From Octopus sinensis (taxonomy: Eukaryota), in assembly GCF_006345805.1 (NCBI RefSeq), contig NC_043015.1, positions 33,046,001 through 33,110,000 on the forward strand: a stretch of DNA of 64,000 nt, read 5' to 3'. A program made the position numbers and the translations under genes. Below, one piece after another: positions 27,223 through 40,671 of the stretch; within the stretch, counting starts at the first letter, position 1, and each line of letters opens with the position of its first letter. Below the pieces are notes generated by a model that ran no database searches, was not told the origin of the DNA, and saw only the letters and a program-made list of their open reading frames with translations.

Positions 27223-27849
27223 TCTCTCATTAATGTACCTTTTAACCCTGAATAATCACAAAATTACTCTCATGTTTTGTTGTTTAGTACCTGGTCAACC
27301 TTGATCATGCCAATCTATGATCAAAGATGTTCCAGTTGTGACCATACCATTTTTTTAGAATTATCTATTAACAACATTATCCAATTCATCTTTCTTTTTA
27401 AAAAAAAAGTAGGGAGAAATTTGAGAAATTTGACTGCTATTTTTAGCTGATAGAGTAACCATATACAGGTACTCTCTTTGTCTCTTGATACATATTTTCA
27501 TCATCATCATCATCATCACCACTATTAAATATCCATATTCCATCCTGGCATGGGTTTGATGGTTTGACAGGATCTGACAGGTCTAAGGACTGCATCATGT
27601 TTGACTGTCAACTTTTGGCTTGATTCCTATCGCTGGATGCCTTCCTAATGCCAACCACTTCTCAAATTCTGCCCCAAGATTGACTTCACCTTTTAGACCG
27701 TCAGGGATGATAAAATAAGTACCAGTTGAGTACTGGGGTTGATATAATCAATTAACCTCCTACCCCAAGAATTTCAAACCTTGTGCTTATAGTGGAAAGG
27801 ATTATTTTATTAATTTTTGTTTATTAAGTGGCTTCGTTAGCAGTAAATA

Positions 27850-28180
27850 AACTGGCAATCTGTAGTTTACGATGAATAGGGTTCTAGTTGCTCCAATCAA
27901 TGGAACAGCTTACTTGTGAAATTAATGGTGGTTGAGTACTCCACAAACATGAATATTCTTAAAATGGTTCCCGGGCAGAATCAGCGTGACATACAGAATG
28001 TGACAAGACTGGCCCCCTTGTGAATTACAGGTATAACTCATATGTGCCAGCTGAGTGGGCTGGAGCAATAAAGTGAAATAAAGTGTCTTGCTCAAGGACA
28101 CAATGAATTGCTGCCTGGAATCGAACTGATGACCTTACAATCATGAGCCAAATGCCCTAACCACTAAGCCATACACCTTT
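27850..28180 (-). mobile_element. SINE family F
   Basis: gtgacaagactggccc...ccagctgagtgggctggagcaa...gtgtcttgctcaagga, as in 19060-19393. Confidence 0.8.
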
Positions 28181-28814
28181 GCTACCAGTAAATATATGCA
28201 CACACACACACACACACAAGCACACACACTGCACAACATGCCTCTGCGTAGCTGTAATCTACGAAATTTCAATCACCAGGTATCAGTCAGCTTGAAGCCC
28301 TGATAGAAGACACTTGTTCAGACAACCACATTAGATCACAGTGCTATTGTGAGCATATCGTTGTAAACCAATTTCTCAAGTACACACAGCCATAGCCACA
28401 TTCGCAGATAATAATGGTGAATGGTGTGATTAATCCCGGAGCTCGTTCAGATCAAAAGCAACATTTTGTAGCTGAAAATATCTTACATATGCTTCGCAGT
28501 TCATTAGATAAGTGGAACAGATGTGAAGAAACTTTTACATGAATGAAAATCCTGATGGACCGACTGTTTCCTGATAACACTCATTCTATTAAATTGGGTT
28601 TCTTCACAGAAATATTAAATATGTTTACAGACAAAAGAGCGTTGATAAAATGTTGATAATTTTGACTGATGTGAAACATAGAACGCCTAAAGTTATGGGT
28701 CCTTGGCCTTCAATGGAGTTGAGAAAAACAAAAATATTGTTAGCAGTGGATGAGAAATGGGGTGGAGAGTGATGAAATAGGGACAGAGAGATTTGGTTTG
28801 AAAGGGTCATGGCA

Positions 28815-29258
28815 TAGGTGCAGGCATGGTTGTGTGGTAAGAATCTTGCTTCTTAATCACATGGTTATGGGTTTAGTCCCACTGCATGGAACCTTGGGCA
28901 AGTGTCTTCTACTACAGCCTCTGGCCAACTAAAGCCTTCTGAGTGAATTTGGTAGACAGAAACTTAACGAAGCCCATCGTATATATACATTAAAATTGGG
29001 GAAGGCCAGTTTATGGGATTATCTAAACCCGTCCATAAAGAGTTTAGCTTTGTGGTGTATCTTCAGATCCCAAAAACCTGTTGGCCCAAGACCTCTTAAA
29101 AATATGGGCCAATAAGCTTTTGGGATCTGACAATGCACCACAAAGCTAAACCCTTTATGGACAGGAAACCTAAGGTAATCCCATAAACTGGCCTTCCCCA
29201 ATTTTAATTTATACTGCTCTACATCTCAGAGTGTTCTTTTTCTTTCAGATCATGTGTG

Positions 29259-29302
<44 letters not shown>

Positions 29303-29500
29303 TGTGTGTGTGTTTGGCACCTACCACTGCTTGACAACTGGTGTGTTTATGTTCCCATAACTTAGTGGTTCAGTAAAAGATACTGAAAGAATAAGTACTA
29401 GGCTTTAAGCAAAAAGTCCTGGGGTTGATTTGTTCAACTAAAATCCTTCAAGGCAGTGCCCCAGCATGGCCTCTGGCAAATGACTGAAACAAGTAAAAGG
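28815..29500 (+). mobile_element. SINE family B split by a foldback insertion
   Basis: The 5' half (28815-28985) and the 3' half (29260-29500) surround the 28990-29207 palindrome. Confidence 0.65.
28990..29207. mobile_element. Foldback/MITE, near-complete 218-bp palindrome bounded by TTAA
   Basis: 32-bp perfect terminal inverted repeat (ttaaaattggggaaggccagtttatgggatta), plus further paired blocks ccataaag.gtttagctttgtggtg, cagatcccaaaa and ttggccca. Confidence 0.9.
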
Positions 29501-30161
29501 AAGAAAAGAAAGTTATGAAGGTGGAAGAGAGAGAGAGAGGAAATGAACAAGAAACAGGGAGGGTGAATCCAGTTGCATATGGGGGTTGTTGTATTGGGTG
29601 TGGCTGCCACATCCAATGTCACCAAATTTCAAGCAGGCGTATAACAAAAGTTTTCCATTAAGATTTGTGATTAAAGAAACGAGTCAGGTCGATATTTATA
29701 ATGTAATTGCTATTTTCAATGGGTGTGCAGCACATACTCGGAAGATATGCCCCTGGGTGAATCCCTACCCTCAATGTTGGTCAGACTGTTCTAAAAACAG
29801 AATCTAAGATTTAAGCACATATGGCAGATAATGCATCATATCTCATGTGTTGAATGATGTTATTAGCCACATGTACTTAATGGTTTAATGGTTGGAATCA
29901 TGCAATTCAGATAACTAAATGTGTGGGAGATCTGGTGAAATTTGATCTCTTAAACTATAGAATGATCTGTCAAGTCTTCAAATTAGGAAGAAAGTTTTAT
30001 AGCTAATATGTCTCTATATGTGACAAGTTTAATTATCCATACTACCACATATTTCCATAATTTAATGGTGAAGGCATAGCTGTGTGGTTAAGAAGATATA
30101 TATTAATATATATATACATGAACATCGAAATAAATATCAATGGAAATAGTAGTTGTGATAC

Positions 30162-30670
30162 CTGTGCCGGTGGCACATAAAAAGCACCATCCAAACGTGG
30201 TCGATGCCAGCACCGCCTTGACTGGCTTCTGTGCCGGTGGCACATAAAAAGCACCATCCAAACGTGGTCGATGCCAGCACCGCCTTGACTGGCTTCTGTG
30301 CCGGTGGCATGTAAAAAGCACCATCTGAACGTGGCAGATGCCAGCGCCGCCTTGACTGTCTTCCGTGCCGGTGGCATGTTAAAAGCACCAACCGATCGTG
30401 GCCGCTGCCAGACTCCCCTGGCACCCTGTGCCGGTGGCACGTAAAAAGCACCCTGTGCCGGTGGCACGTAAAAAGCACCCTGTGCCGGTGGCATGTAAAA
30501 AGCACCCACTACACTCATGGAGTGGTTGGCGTTAGGAAGGGCATCCAGCTGTAGAAACACTGCCAGATCAGACTGGAGCCTGGTGCAGCCTCCTGGCTTC
30601 CTAGACCCCGGTCGAACCGTCCAACCCATGCTAGTGCGGAAAACGGACGTTAAACGATGATGATGATGAT
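30162..30670 (+). mobile_element. SINE-associated repeat family H with internal 67-bp x4 and 27-bp x3 tandem units and a (GAT)n tail
   Basis: ctgtgccggtggcac starts at 30162, 30229, 30296, 30363, 30426, 30453 and 30480. The tail ttaggaagggcatccagctgtagaaac recurs at 31240-31555, 36020-36215, 27510-27665(-), 45840-45945(-) and 46900-47000(-). Confidence 0.85.
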
Positions 30671-32569
30671 ATATATATATGTATGTATGTATATGGTTCT
30701 TGAGAAGACCTACCTACCTCAGTGAAACTGAGTTCTGGGAGCACTGCGTGTCCCACCCACATGTGACATTGAGTTTTCACACACCCTGCCTCAATAAACC
30801 AGACTATATCTCCCCTTCCTCACATTTCCGCTATGCTTTAACTCTCCTCCCAACTCCTGTACCCCAATCCAATCCTCCCCGCCCTGCCAACTGTATCATT
30901 TTTACCCTGTTGTCCCCACTCAGTATTAAGGTTTCACCAGTCACTGCATCCTCTCAGCTCCTTTTTCCATTCACGTGAACTCCCTATTCATGCACCCTCA
31001 TCAGTGCCCTACCATTCTATTTACATTCTCATCCCTGTTCCTTGAGAGTATGCCCTGGCATATCACCACCTTCTCTGTCACTCTTTTTCACCTTTGCTCT
31101 CTCTCACTCTCGCTCTCTCCCTCAGAATGGGATAACCATGTATCTCCTCTGCAGTAAAACACCTGTTTGCATCCCTCTGTCATACTCTAACCTCTCATCA
31201 CCTGGCACAAAGCCACCTCCCCCAATACCACCCCACCTCTCAAAGGATCTTAGTGAGCTTGCTGTTGATGGTGCCACATAAGAAAGGCACTCAGTCCACT
31301 CTGTAAAGTGGTCGGTGCTAGGAAGGTCATCCAGCTATAGAAACCATTCTAAAACAGACCTCACCAGTACCAGCTCTATGTTAAGAGCACTTAGTAAAGT
31401 CTTTAAAGTGGCTGGCATTAGGAAGGGCATCCAGATGTAAAAACCATGCCGAAACAGACAGCCAAGCTTGGTGCAGTCCCCTGACTTGCCAGCCCCTATC
31501 AAACCGTCCAACCCATGCCAGCAAAGAGAACGCATGTTAAATGATGATAATTTTGATGATGACACACACACACATACATATATATACATATGTGTGTGTG
31601 TACCTTTGTGTTTGTACCCCTACCAATGACAACCAGTGTTGGTTTGTTTATGTCCTGTGATTTTGCAGTTCAGGAAAAGAAACCAATAGAATAAGTACCA
31701 GACTTTAAAAAACAAAAAACAAAAAAAAAATAAATAGTAAGAGCAAATCCCAGCATGGCCACAGTCCAATGACTGAAACAAGTAAAGGACTTGTGTATGA
31801 GAGTGGAGTAGGAGTATATAGTGGTACAGTAATAACTCTAGACATGTTTCGATCTTATTAAGCCTCATCAACAAAGTTTAATTTAAGCAAAGCTGAAATG
31901 AGAGACAAGAAAACTATACAATATACATATTGTTCATGGATATATAATGAAGTAGAGCACAGCAAGAATGAGTGAACAACTGAAGAAATAGAGTTTTGTC
32001 TCCTGACCTTGTCTTCCACTACAGCATATTAACCTGATAAACTTATTGATGTGAATTCAGATAAATCTTAAAGAAACATCTTAATTAACAAAAGAGCAAA
32101 GAAATTAACCAAACAAAAATTAAATGCAAAAACTTCAATAACGATAATTAAATCAGGAAATCAAATACTGCCAATAATTTACCAAATCAAACTTTCTAAA
32201 CAGAGTTATTGATAGAGATTCTTGTTGGCTGTCAAATCTGACATTCCTCTTGGTAATAATGGTAAATGTTACTTGTACGTCTGGCTCATGACACAGTAAC
32301 ATAAAGCTGTCCTTGATATTGGCAGTTTTTTTTAAGTAGAGGTGGTCAGTTCTGAGAGTTTAGTTTTTTCACTGTTGTTTTTATTCAGTCTCAGATCATC
32401 AGCAATGGAACAGATTCCAACCATCATAAAACCATCTTTTAAACAAATATTCTAATACTACATTATCCAACATGTCCTCATTTTAAAAAAGATTTGAGGG
32501 AGATTTGGCTGTTTTTTTCAATAGCTCAAGCAACAACATAAAGGTTCCCTGGTTAACTCATATATCTTT

Positions 32570-32900
32570 TATCTTTTACTTATCTTAGTCATTGGGCTGA
32601 GGCCATGCTAGAGCACCACCTTGAAGGTTTCACCTATTTTCTTATTTCTGGTACTTATTCTATCAGTCTCTTTTGCTGAACCACAAAGTTATAGTGACAT
32701 AAACAAACTACAACAGTGGAGGGGGACAAACATAAACGCATACACACATGATGGAGTTCCACACAGTTCCCATAAACCAAATTTACTCGCTAAACTTTGG
32801 TCAACTCAGCGCTATAGCAAAAGACACTCACCCAAGGTGCCATGTAGTGGGACTGAACCCAAAACCACATGGTTGCAAAGTGAGCTTCTCAACCACACAG
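32570..32900 (-). mobile_element. SINE family B
   Basis: The family B body; it explains the apparent signal-peptide ORF 32621-33022. Confidence 0.8.
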
Positions 32901-33911
32901 CCATGCTTGTACTTATATTTTTGACATTTTTATCTGGTGTTGTTTCAAAGCCATTTCAAAGCCTGATTTCACAAGAAAGATTGGTTACCCAAGAAGTTTG
33001 TATCTCTCTAATTGCGTTTTAAACCCCAACTTGGTCTTTGTTTGCTTTTGGCAGATTCCATTCTGTTGCAACCCTTCACGTCAAGTCTCCAATATCAGGT
33101 TTACTCCACTTATTTCCCCTACCACTCCCTCCCTCCTACTACTCCTTCATTCCTCTTACCCAACTCAGAGACCCTGAAAAGAGTCACCCTTCTTCCTCTG
33201 ACTAAGCCATTAAAATAAATAAAAAAACTGATAAAAGAATTTCCACTCTTCATTTGATAGAATCAATTTAGCTGCCACTTTCCCACAACTAAGATGGTTC
33301 TGTAAAAACTCCAGCAGATGAATTCAACTCCACACGGGCAACAAAACTCTCAAAGTGCCAGCCTCAATGTCATCTCCATGTACATATGCAAAATGGCTAT
33401 TCCTAGTAATGTGTCCCTTCGTCATATTGAAATAATGTGAAATAATGTAATGCAGGAAGGGCTTCCTTCTCCTGTTTGAATGACTGTGATGCTCCTTTAC
33501 AACAACAACAACATGAGGCCAAGACAAGGACACTAGCACACACACACACACACACACACACACATGGTTCAGCGATAGAGACCAAAAGACTAAGTAGCAG
33601 GCTTTATAAAAAATTAAGTACTGAAGCTGATTTCTTCAACTAAAAATTCTTTAAGGCAGTGCCCCAGCATGGCCACAGTCTAATGACTGAAACAAATAAA
33701 AGATAAAAGATCAGAGGAAAATTGTGGATGGCATCATTCTTTGAACAAAGAAATCAACTTTGGATAAACAAAGAATAATGCCTGGTGTGGCACCCGAGAC
33801 TTTATTGGCAGTGCCGTCCTCACGGCGCTTAATGTGAAATAAGTTTTAAATGAAGTCAATAAGATGTGCATTTGGGTGTTGTCATAGAGTCACCCATACA
33901 TACACAACCCT

Positions 33912-33947
<36 letters not shown>

Positions 33948-34969
33948 TTCATACCTGCGGAGAGAGCATGAGAGTGATTGTATGTATGTAGTTCATTTGT
34001 GTGTGTGTGTGTGTGTGCATTTATACAAGTGGAGAGAGCATGAGTGTGTGAATGTATGTGTGCAGTTCCTTTGTGTGTGTGTGTGTGTGTGTGTATGTGT
34101 GTATGTATGTATGTGTGCAGTTCCTTTGTGTGTGTGTGTGTGTGTGTGTGTGATATCTAGTATTGTGTGTGAAGTACCCAATGTCCCTATTTGAAAAGGT
34201 TTGGCCAACGGACAGTTCTGTCTTTTATCAGCTGTCCACAACATGTCCACTCCTGTTGATTTCTACCAACAAGTTTTCATGCTGTGGCCTTAAGTCTTTT
34301 CTTATTTAATTTTTCCCACCCTTTGATTAATCAGGTAGATTCTAGTCCAAACAAAAGAATTAAAGTAATCAATCTATTGATCTATCAAATTATCCAAGTA
34401 GGAGCGATCAGTTAATTAATCAATTGATTGGTTGGTAGGCTTTTTTTTTTGTTTAGCTTTTAGTTTTTATTATATTTAACTTATGTTGTTGGATTTGTAA
34501 TGATTTCCAAGTTTAGTACGAGGCTAACACCTGAGAGAAAACTGACTGAAACAAACACAGGTATAGGACGAGTGTGTATCTAGTTTTATAAGACGGCAAC
34601 ATAAAGGTGGTCAGATGAACAATCAATGTTGACACAGTTTGAAAGTGAAGCTAGAAGGATCAAAATATAATAATTGTTTTTAATGTCAGTTGGGGTGAAA
34701 TTTTGGGGTGAAGCAGTATAAAAAGGGACATTGCTAGAAATAACCATTTTGTATATGTACATGGAGATAATACTGAGGATGGTAGTCTGGGAGTTGCCTG
34801 TGTGGAGTTGAATTCATCTGCTGGAATTCTTACTAGTGTACTAGTGTTTATCCAACCACGTGGTTTTTAGGGTCAGTCCCACTGTGTGGCACCCTGGTCA
34901 AGTGTCTTTATCTATAGCCCCAAGCTGGCTAAAGGCTTGTGGGTGGATTCAGTAGACACAAACTGAAAG

Positions 34970-35009
<40 letters not shown>

Positions 35010-36319
35010 GTGTGTGTGTGTGGTGTGTGTGTGTGTGTGTAAATATGCTTGTGCCTTCCTGTTTTGACATAGTGTGGTAGTTGTAAATGAGTGTTAGTGT
35101 CATAAAAGCAGTGTCCTTCATTTTCTAATATTGTGTAAAACCATATCAGGCCATGGAGACATGTTACTTGGCATGGAAACAGATAAGGGTTGGTGACAGA
35201 AAGAGCGTCCAACCATAGAAAAATCTGCCTCAATGAACTCTGTCCAACCCATGGAAGCATAGGAAAGTCAACATTGAAACAATAATAAAGATGATATCAG
35301 GTAGCACAGAAAGTTCTGAATCGATTACAAGTTTGAACTTGTTGAAACCTGTTTTTGCAAAACCTGTAACTATTGGAAGCAGTCACTGATGCATAATCCT
35401 TTCATGGACGGTTCCCATAGAGCAACAACCGTACCTTGATACATTAATTTTCTATTTGAAACACCCAGAAAATAGGCAAAGAACATATTTGTGCCATGCT
35501 TTGGCCAACACTGTTAAAAAAAAAGAAAGAATTATGGCCTAGATGCAGTGAATGAAAGATTTTGCAGATGTAGTTTGAAAAATTCAGATATGGCAATTGG
35601 AATTTGCTTGATGATCCTAGGTAACAACATTCTTTGAACTGGATGACAGAATTCCACAGGCAAGAATTGCAGAATATCCCAATGTGACAGTGAGAGAGAG
35701 CTTTCTACTGAATTTAATGTTAGTGTTATGAACATTAGGTTTCAACATCAGGAAAATGGGTTTCTCATGCTCTTTCAATAACAAATTATCAGCAAAAACT
35801 TCAGAGCTGTGAACTGTTCGATACAAATAAACTCCAAGCACCAATTTTAAATAAGGTCATGGCTGGAGATGAGAAATTGAAACTTTACTGCAATATTGAG
35901 TGCATGGTTTCCCTACCAAATGTGAGTAGCTATGCAGATCCTCTGCAACAATCTGCTTTGCTACCCCTACTTCTCATAGTTCAAAAATTTCATCCATTAG
36001 CATGAAGCTGACCCTTATCCCCAAGATTTGTAGTTCAGTGAGCTGCATAGGAGAAAAAAAGCACCCAGTCCATACTATAAAGTGATTGGCATTAGGAAGG
36101 GTACCCAGTTGTAGAAACCATGCCTAAACAGACATTGGAGCACAATGCAATCCTTGGACACATCAGATCCTGTCAAACCATCCAGTCCATTCCAGCATGG
36201 AACACAAGCATTAATAATGATGATGATGGTGATGACCTTGACAATGGTGATGGCAAAAGTGACAGCAATGATGACTAATCTTAAATTAAAAACTTGATCC
36301 ACATTCACAAGGAGGGCCT

Positions 36320-36600
36320 CACTCAAGGAACGTTTTATTGAGTGTTTGGTGGGATATGAAAGGAATTATTGATTATGAACTTTCAGGGCAAAATCAAACA
36401 ATTACTAGAGGTAGCTTCCCCATTTGAATATTGCTTTGGATAGAAAGCATCCTGCCTTAATGAATAGCTGGAGTTTCCCTTTCATCAAGATAACGCTTGA
36501 CCTCACACTGTACAAGCCACTAAAAATGATCTGAAATCATTCAAATGAGGAAGAACGCCAAACACTCTGCATTATTCAGACCTAGCTCCATCTGAATTCC
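36320..36600 (+). mobile_element. Mariner transposase remnant (catalytic region)
   Basis: Frameshifted peptides LSVWWDMKGIIDYEL, FHQDNA*PHT and YSDLAPSEF. Confidence 0.7.
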
Positions 36601-37244
36601 TCTTAGCAAAAGCATTTAAACAGAGAAAAGCATTTAGTGATCAGACATTCAAAACTTACAAATAGATGGAGAAAAATGATAGAAAGTGAAAGAAATTATA
36701 TAGATGATTAAATATGCAGTAGTAAAGATTAGGATTGCACTTTTAAATGAATTCTGAAAAATCAGACAGAACATTCTGTATAAGAGGATATATATAGCAA
36801 GCGTATAGAATGTTTCTAACTGCCTCACAAAGATGTTTGGTTAGAAATACTGTTGGCAGTTCTTGGAGAAATGGTTAGAAACTCAGTGTGGAATAGTTCT
36901 CACATGTCTTCGAGAAATCAATAGAAACCAAATTAGAAATAATTAGCTGAAGGAAGAAAACGAAGAAAATGTGTCAACGTTAATTTAACTATTTTTGAAA
37001 ATCCATTGGGGGACATACACACACACACACAGACACACACACACAGATTCTCTCTTCCTCTTAGCCTCCTCTTCCTCCTCCTCTCTATCTACCAATCTAT
37101 ATTTTTGCTTTAAATATTTTTTTCTTTAACTGGAATACAATTCTCTGATGTTGTTTTTTAGCCCTGGGTCAGTCCAGACCGAGCAGACTGGATTCTTTTT
37201 TGCAGCCAGTTCATCTTTTTATTCAGAAAATAATATCGTTTATT

Positions 37245-37464
37245 TTTTGCTTGTTTCAGTCATTAGACTGCGGCCATGCTGGGGCATCACCATTTTAGTC
37301 AAATGAATCAACCCCAGTAGTTTTTTTGTAAGGTCTGGTACTTATTCTATTGGTCTCTTTTGCTGAACTGCCAAGTTACAGGGATGTAAACACACCAACA
37401 CTGGTTGTCAAGCAGTAGAAAAGAGGACGAACACAGACACACACACACTCACACATATTCATAT

Positions 37465-37497
<33 letters not shown>

Positions 37498-37640
37498 CAA
37501 TAAGTTTTTTTCAGTTTCCATCTACCAAAACCACTCACAAGGTTTTGGTTGGCCCAAAGCTATAGTAGAAGATACTTTCCCAAGGTGCCATGCAACAGGA
37601 CTGAACCCAGAACCATGTGGTTGGGAAGCAAGCTTCTTAC
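37245..37640 (-). mobile_element. SINE family B, full copy
   Basis: Both halves with a central (CA)n/(TA)n tract. Confidence 0.85.
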
Positions 37641-37794
37641 CACACAGCCATGCCTGTGCCTACCTAGAACTACATTATTCAATGTAGTTCCATTTTTAAG
37701 ATAGGAAGTTGTTATTTGAGAGTGATCTGGCTGTTATTTCTAGTAGGTCAAGCAATCATTTCGAGTGTCTTTTATTGGTTCAATTTATCTAAAG

Positions 37795-38131
37795 CAGGGG
37801 TTCGCAACCATTTTTTATGAATGGATCCCTTTGATCACTGTTTTATTCTGGTGGACCCGCTAGCTCTTCAATGTTTAAAAACTAGGTTTATAGATACCTT
37901 TTTCCAAAATTCCTTAATTGTTTTTCACACATTAACTTATGTAGGTTGAACCATGTAAAATGTTAAAGATAGAAACCCAGCTGTCTCTCACAATACATAC
38001 CAATACATACACCTAAAGCAAAATTTTTTTAAGGGCCATTAAGATACTATTGTGGATCCTCAATTTACATGGACCCCCAAAATCTTGTATGGATTTTCAG
38101 GGACCATATGGACCCCAGTTGACAACCATTG
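37795..38131. mobile_element. hAT-like MITE
   Basis: Ends caggggttcgcaacc / cagttgacaaccattg resemble hAT-Charlie-type TIRs; subterminal ggaccc repeats. Confidence 0.5.
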
Positions 38132-40671
38132 GTATGTCACTATGGTAACTAGGTTCCTTAGAAAATGTAGCCAGGCATGCCAAAACTTATAGCAAAGGAG
38201 TCATAAGATGTAGAGTGATGTACCACGAGATATAGTTGGCGTATGATATGGCATAAGTGTATGCGCCATGGAAAAATAAAATCATAGTTTAAAAAACAAG
38301 AAAAATCCGAAATGAAATTCTGAGTACAAATTCTTGACAATTATGTTTTATTTATTTAATAAAGAACTAATCAATTAATTAGTTTCTATAATTTACATTA
38401 TTCATATTTATAGGTTAAAGTGCATTGTTTTAATTGTTTTACTATGTTCAGTCATTGGATTGTAGCCTTGGTAGTACACTACATCCAGGGGTTTAATCAA
38501 TTATATTCACCCTAGTATTAATTCTATCAACTTCTGTTTGTTGAACTTCTAAGTTACAAGACATAAATGGACACAAAATAAACAACACTATATTTTAAAT
38601 TCATGCAAACAAATATGGAGTGAAGTAAGTCAACATCTGTCTGAGTTGCCTTGAGTTGCCTGAGTTTCAATTAATTTGGAAAATAACGAAGGGTTTATTA
38701 AAATAACTCTGTCATTATTATGCTGGTGTCTGGAATACAAATTAACCTGAAATTTTGATGAACATCTTAATCTAGACTACTTTTAAATATTGAATTTTTA
38801 ACATAAAACTAGGGGCAGTTTCAGGCAGGTTGATATCAAAAGGGTTAGAAGGTCCTGCATTTTTTTTTCTCCCAGATACTGAGAACATTTAGCAACACAG
38901 GAATTAAGAAGCTGCATTCTCTCCCCGAAAACCCCAAGTACACCCCTATTTTGCTTCTGGTGGGGTTGGGAAGCAAATTTCTTACCACACACCCATTGGC
39001 TCAGGAATGAAATTTGTTTAGTGGCTGCAAACCTAGGTCCAGAATTTTTTTACCAACAAGGTCTTTTTATCTATTTTTGTTCTTTGTACTTTGAAAAGAA
39101 ACCTAACTTCAAGCTACTTTTTATTGTTTTCTAAACCTGAGAAAAATAAGTAGGAGTGTAAATTTTGATTTTACGCTCCCACAAAAATTCTAGGGAGTGT
39201 GCTTGCACCCCCTGTTCCTGAGCCCATGCTTATACTTGTGCCCACAATATATTTATTAACAAGACCATGCTGGATTATTTCCCCAATAATTCATCGCTTT
39301 TTGGCTACAATTGATGTTTGTTGTCAGAGTGTTGTTGAGATGTTGATAGATAACACTCCAGACGTTCAGAGTATTGGGAATAAACCTACTGACTAGAATG
39401 TTAAAGATCCAAATCTTCAAAAAGGATCAGAGTATCTGTATGTTTAAGACTAATTATTCCCAGGAATCAAACCGTCTGGCATTTCATGTGAACTATCGTT
39501 AAGCATTAATTAGTTCATTATTGATTAGTAGAACTTATTGATTGGGAATCAGATAGTTTGGCTGGTTGAAAAGTGTCATTAAAGACCAAACTGATTGTCT
39601 CAAGTGTTTAGACAAAACAATTGTTCAGAATCACATGATATGATCTGTTTGTTTAGATATTTGCTTATTTGAAAGTCAGTTTATATCAACAAAGTGGTTT
39701 AGGAGCTTTGTGATAGAAATATTGATGATGCCACAAAATAAGAATAGTGTTTTTATAGCCTATAAGGGAGGATCTGTACTGTCAGTTCGCCTTCTAGAAA
39801 CAGCAGCTAAAACCTTCCTGAAATTTTACCATAACATTTTAAGAAAACTGGAACAAACACACTAGAGTAGTTTTAGATATACTATGACTAAATGGTCAAA
39901 ATCTGAATACTTTTGGAAATAGGTCTGCTTGAACAGGACAGGCCTCAGGTTAATGAAAAGTTAAAAGTGTAACTTGATACATTTAAATCTAATTAAAACC
40001 ATACAGGTAAATCCTACTAATTAATGTGTCTTCCTTATTATTGTTGATCTTACCCATTTACTTCATGTAACTACCCTCATCTTACCCCCACACAGTTTCT
40101 TGTTTCTTCTAAGTATTTCAGTTAGCTGGCTGGATGAAAGAAACGGTAAGCAGCATTTCTTCTGGCTCTTTATATTCTGAGTTCAAATTCAGGATCAATG
40201 AAATAAGTACAAGTATAGCACTGGGACTGATATAATCGACAAACTCAGAGGGATGTCATTATATCATGCACTGTATTAAGGGTATTTTAAACTCGGCAGA
40301 GCCTGTCCCTCTTCAGATCGAACCATGGTGGACTTCTTGCAGAAAGAAAGAGAGAAAGGGAGAGAGAGAATGAGAGAACGTGGGGAAAAGGATGGAAGAA
40401 TTGATACCAGTGCTTCATTGGTGTCTTCTTTTATATTACTCGTTTCCATCATTAGACTGCGACCATGCTGGGGCACTGCCTTGAAAAAGTTTTAGTTAAA
40501 TGAATCGACTCTAGTACTTATATTTTGTTTTTTAAGCCTAGTACTTGTTTTTTCTGTCTCTTTTGCTGAACTGCTAAGTTACAGGGACGTAAACCAACAC
40601 TGGTTGTCAAGTGGTGAAAGGGGGACATATGTGTGAGAGTGGGTGGGGGTGGGGTTCTACAGGGAGAGAGA

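Noticed and set aside
30042-30629. Three overlapping ORFs of 73-195 aa with repeated peptides
   Set aside because: They are antisense readings of the 67/27-bp tandem repeat in family H.
32621-33022. 133-aa ORF with an apparent signal peptide (MKVSPIFLFLVLILSVSFA)
   Set aside because: It starts at TTG and lies on the antisense strand of a family B SINE.
38136-38149. Single perfect X-box GTCACTATGGTAAC
   Set aside because: One match to this degenerate consensus is compatible with chance in 64 kb on two strands, and there is no promoter evidence.
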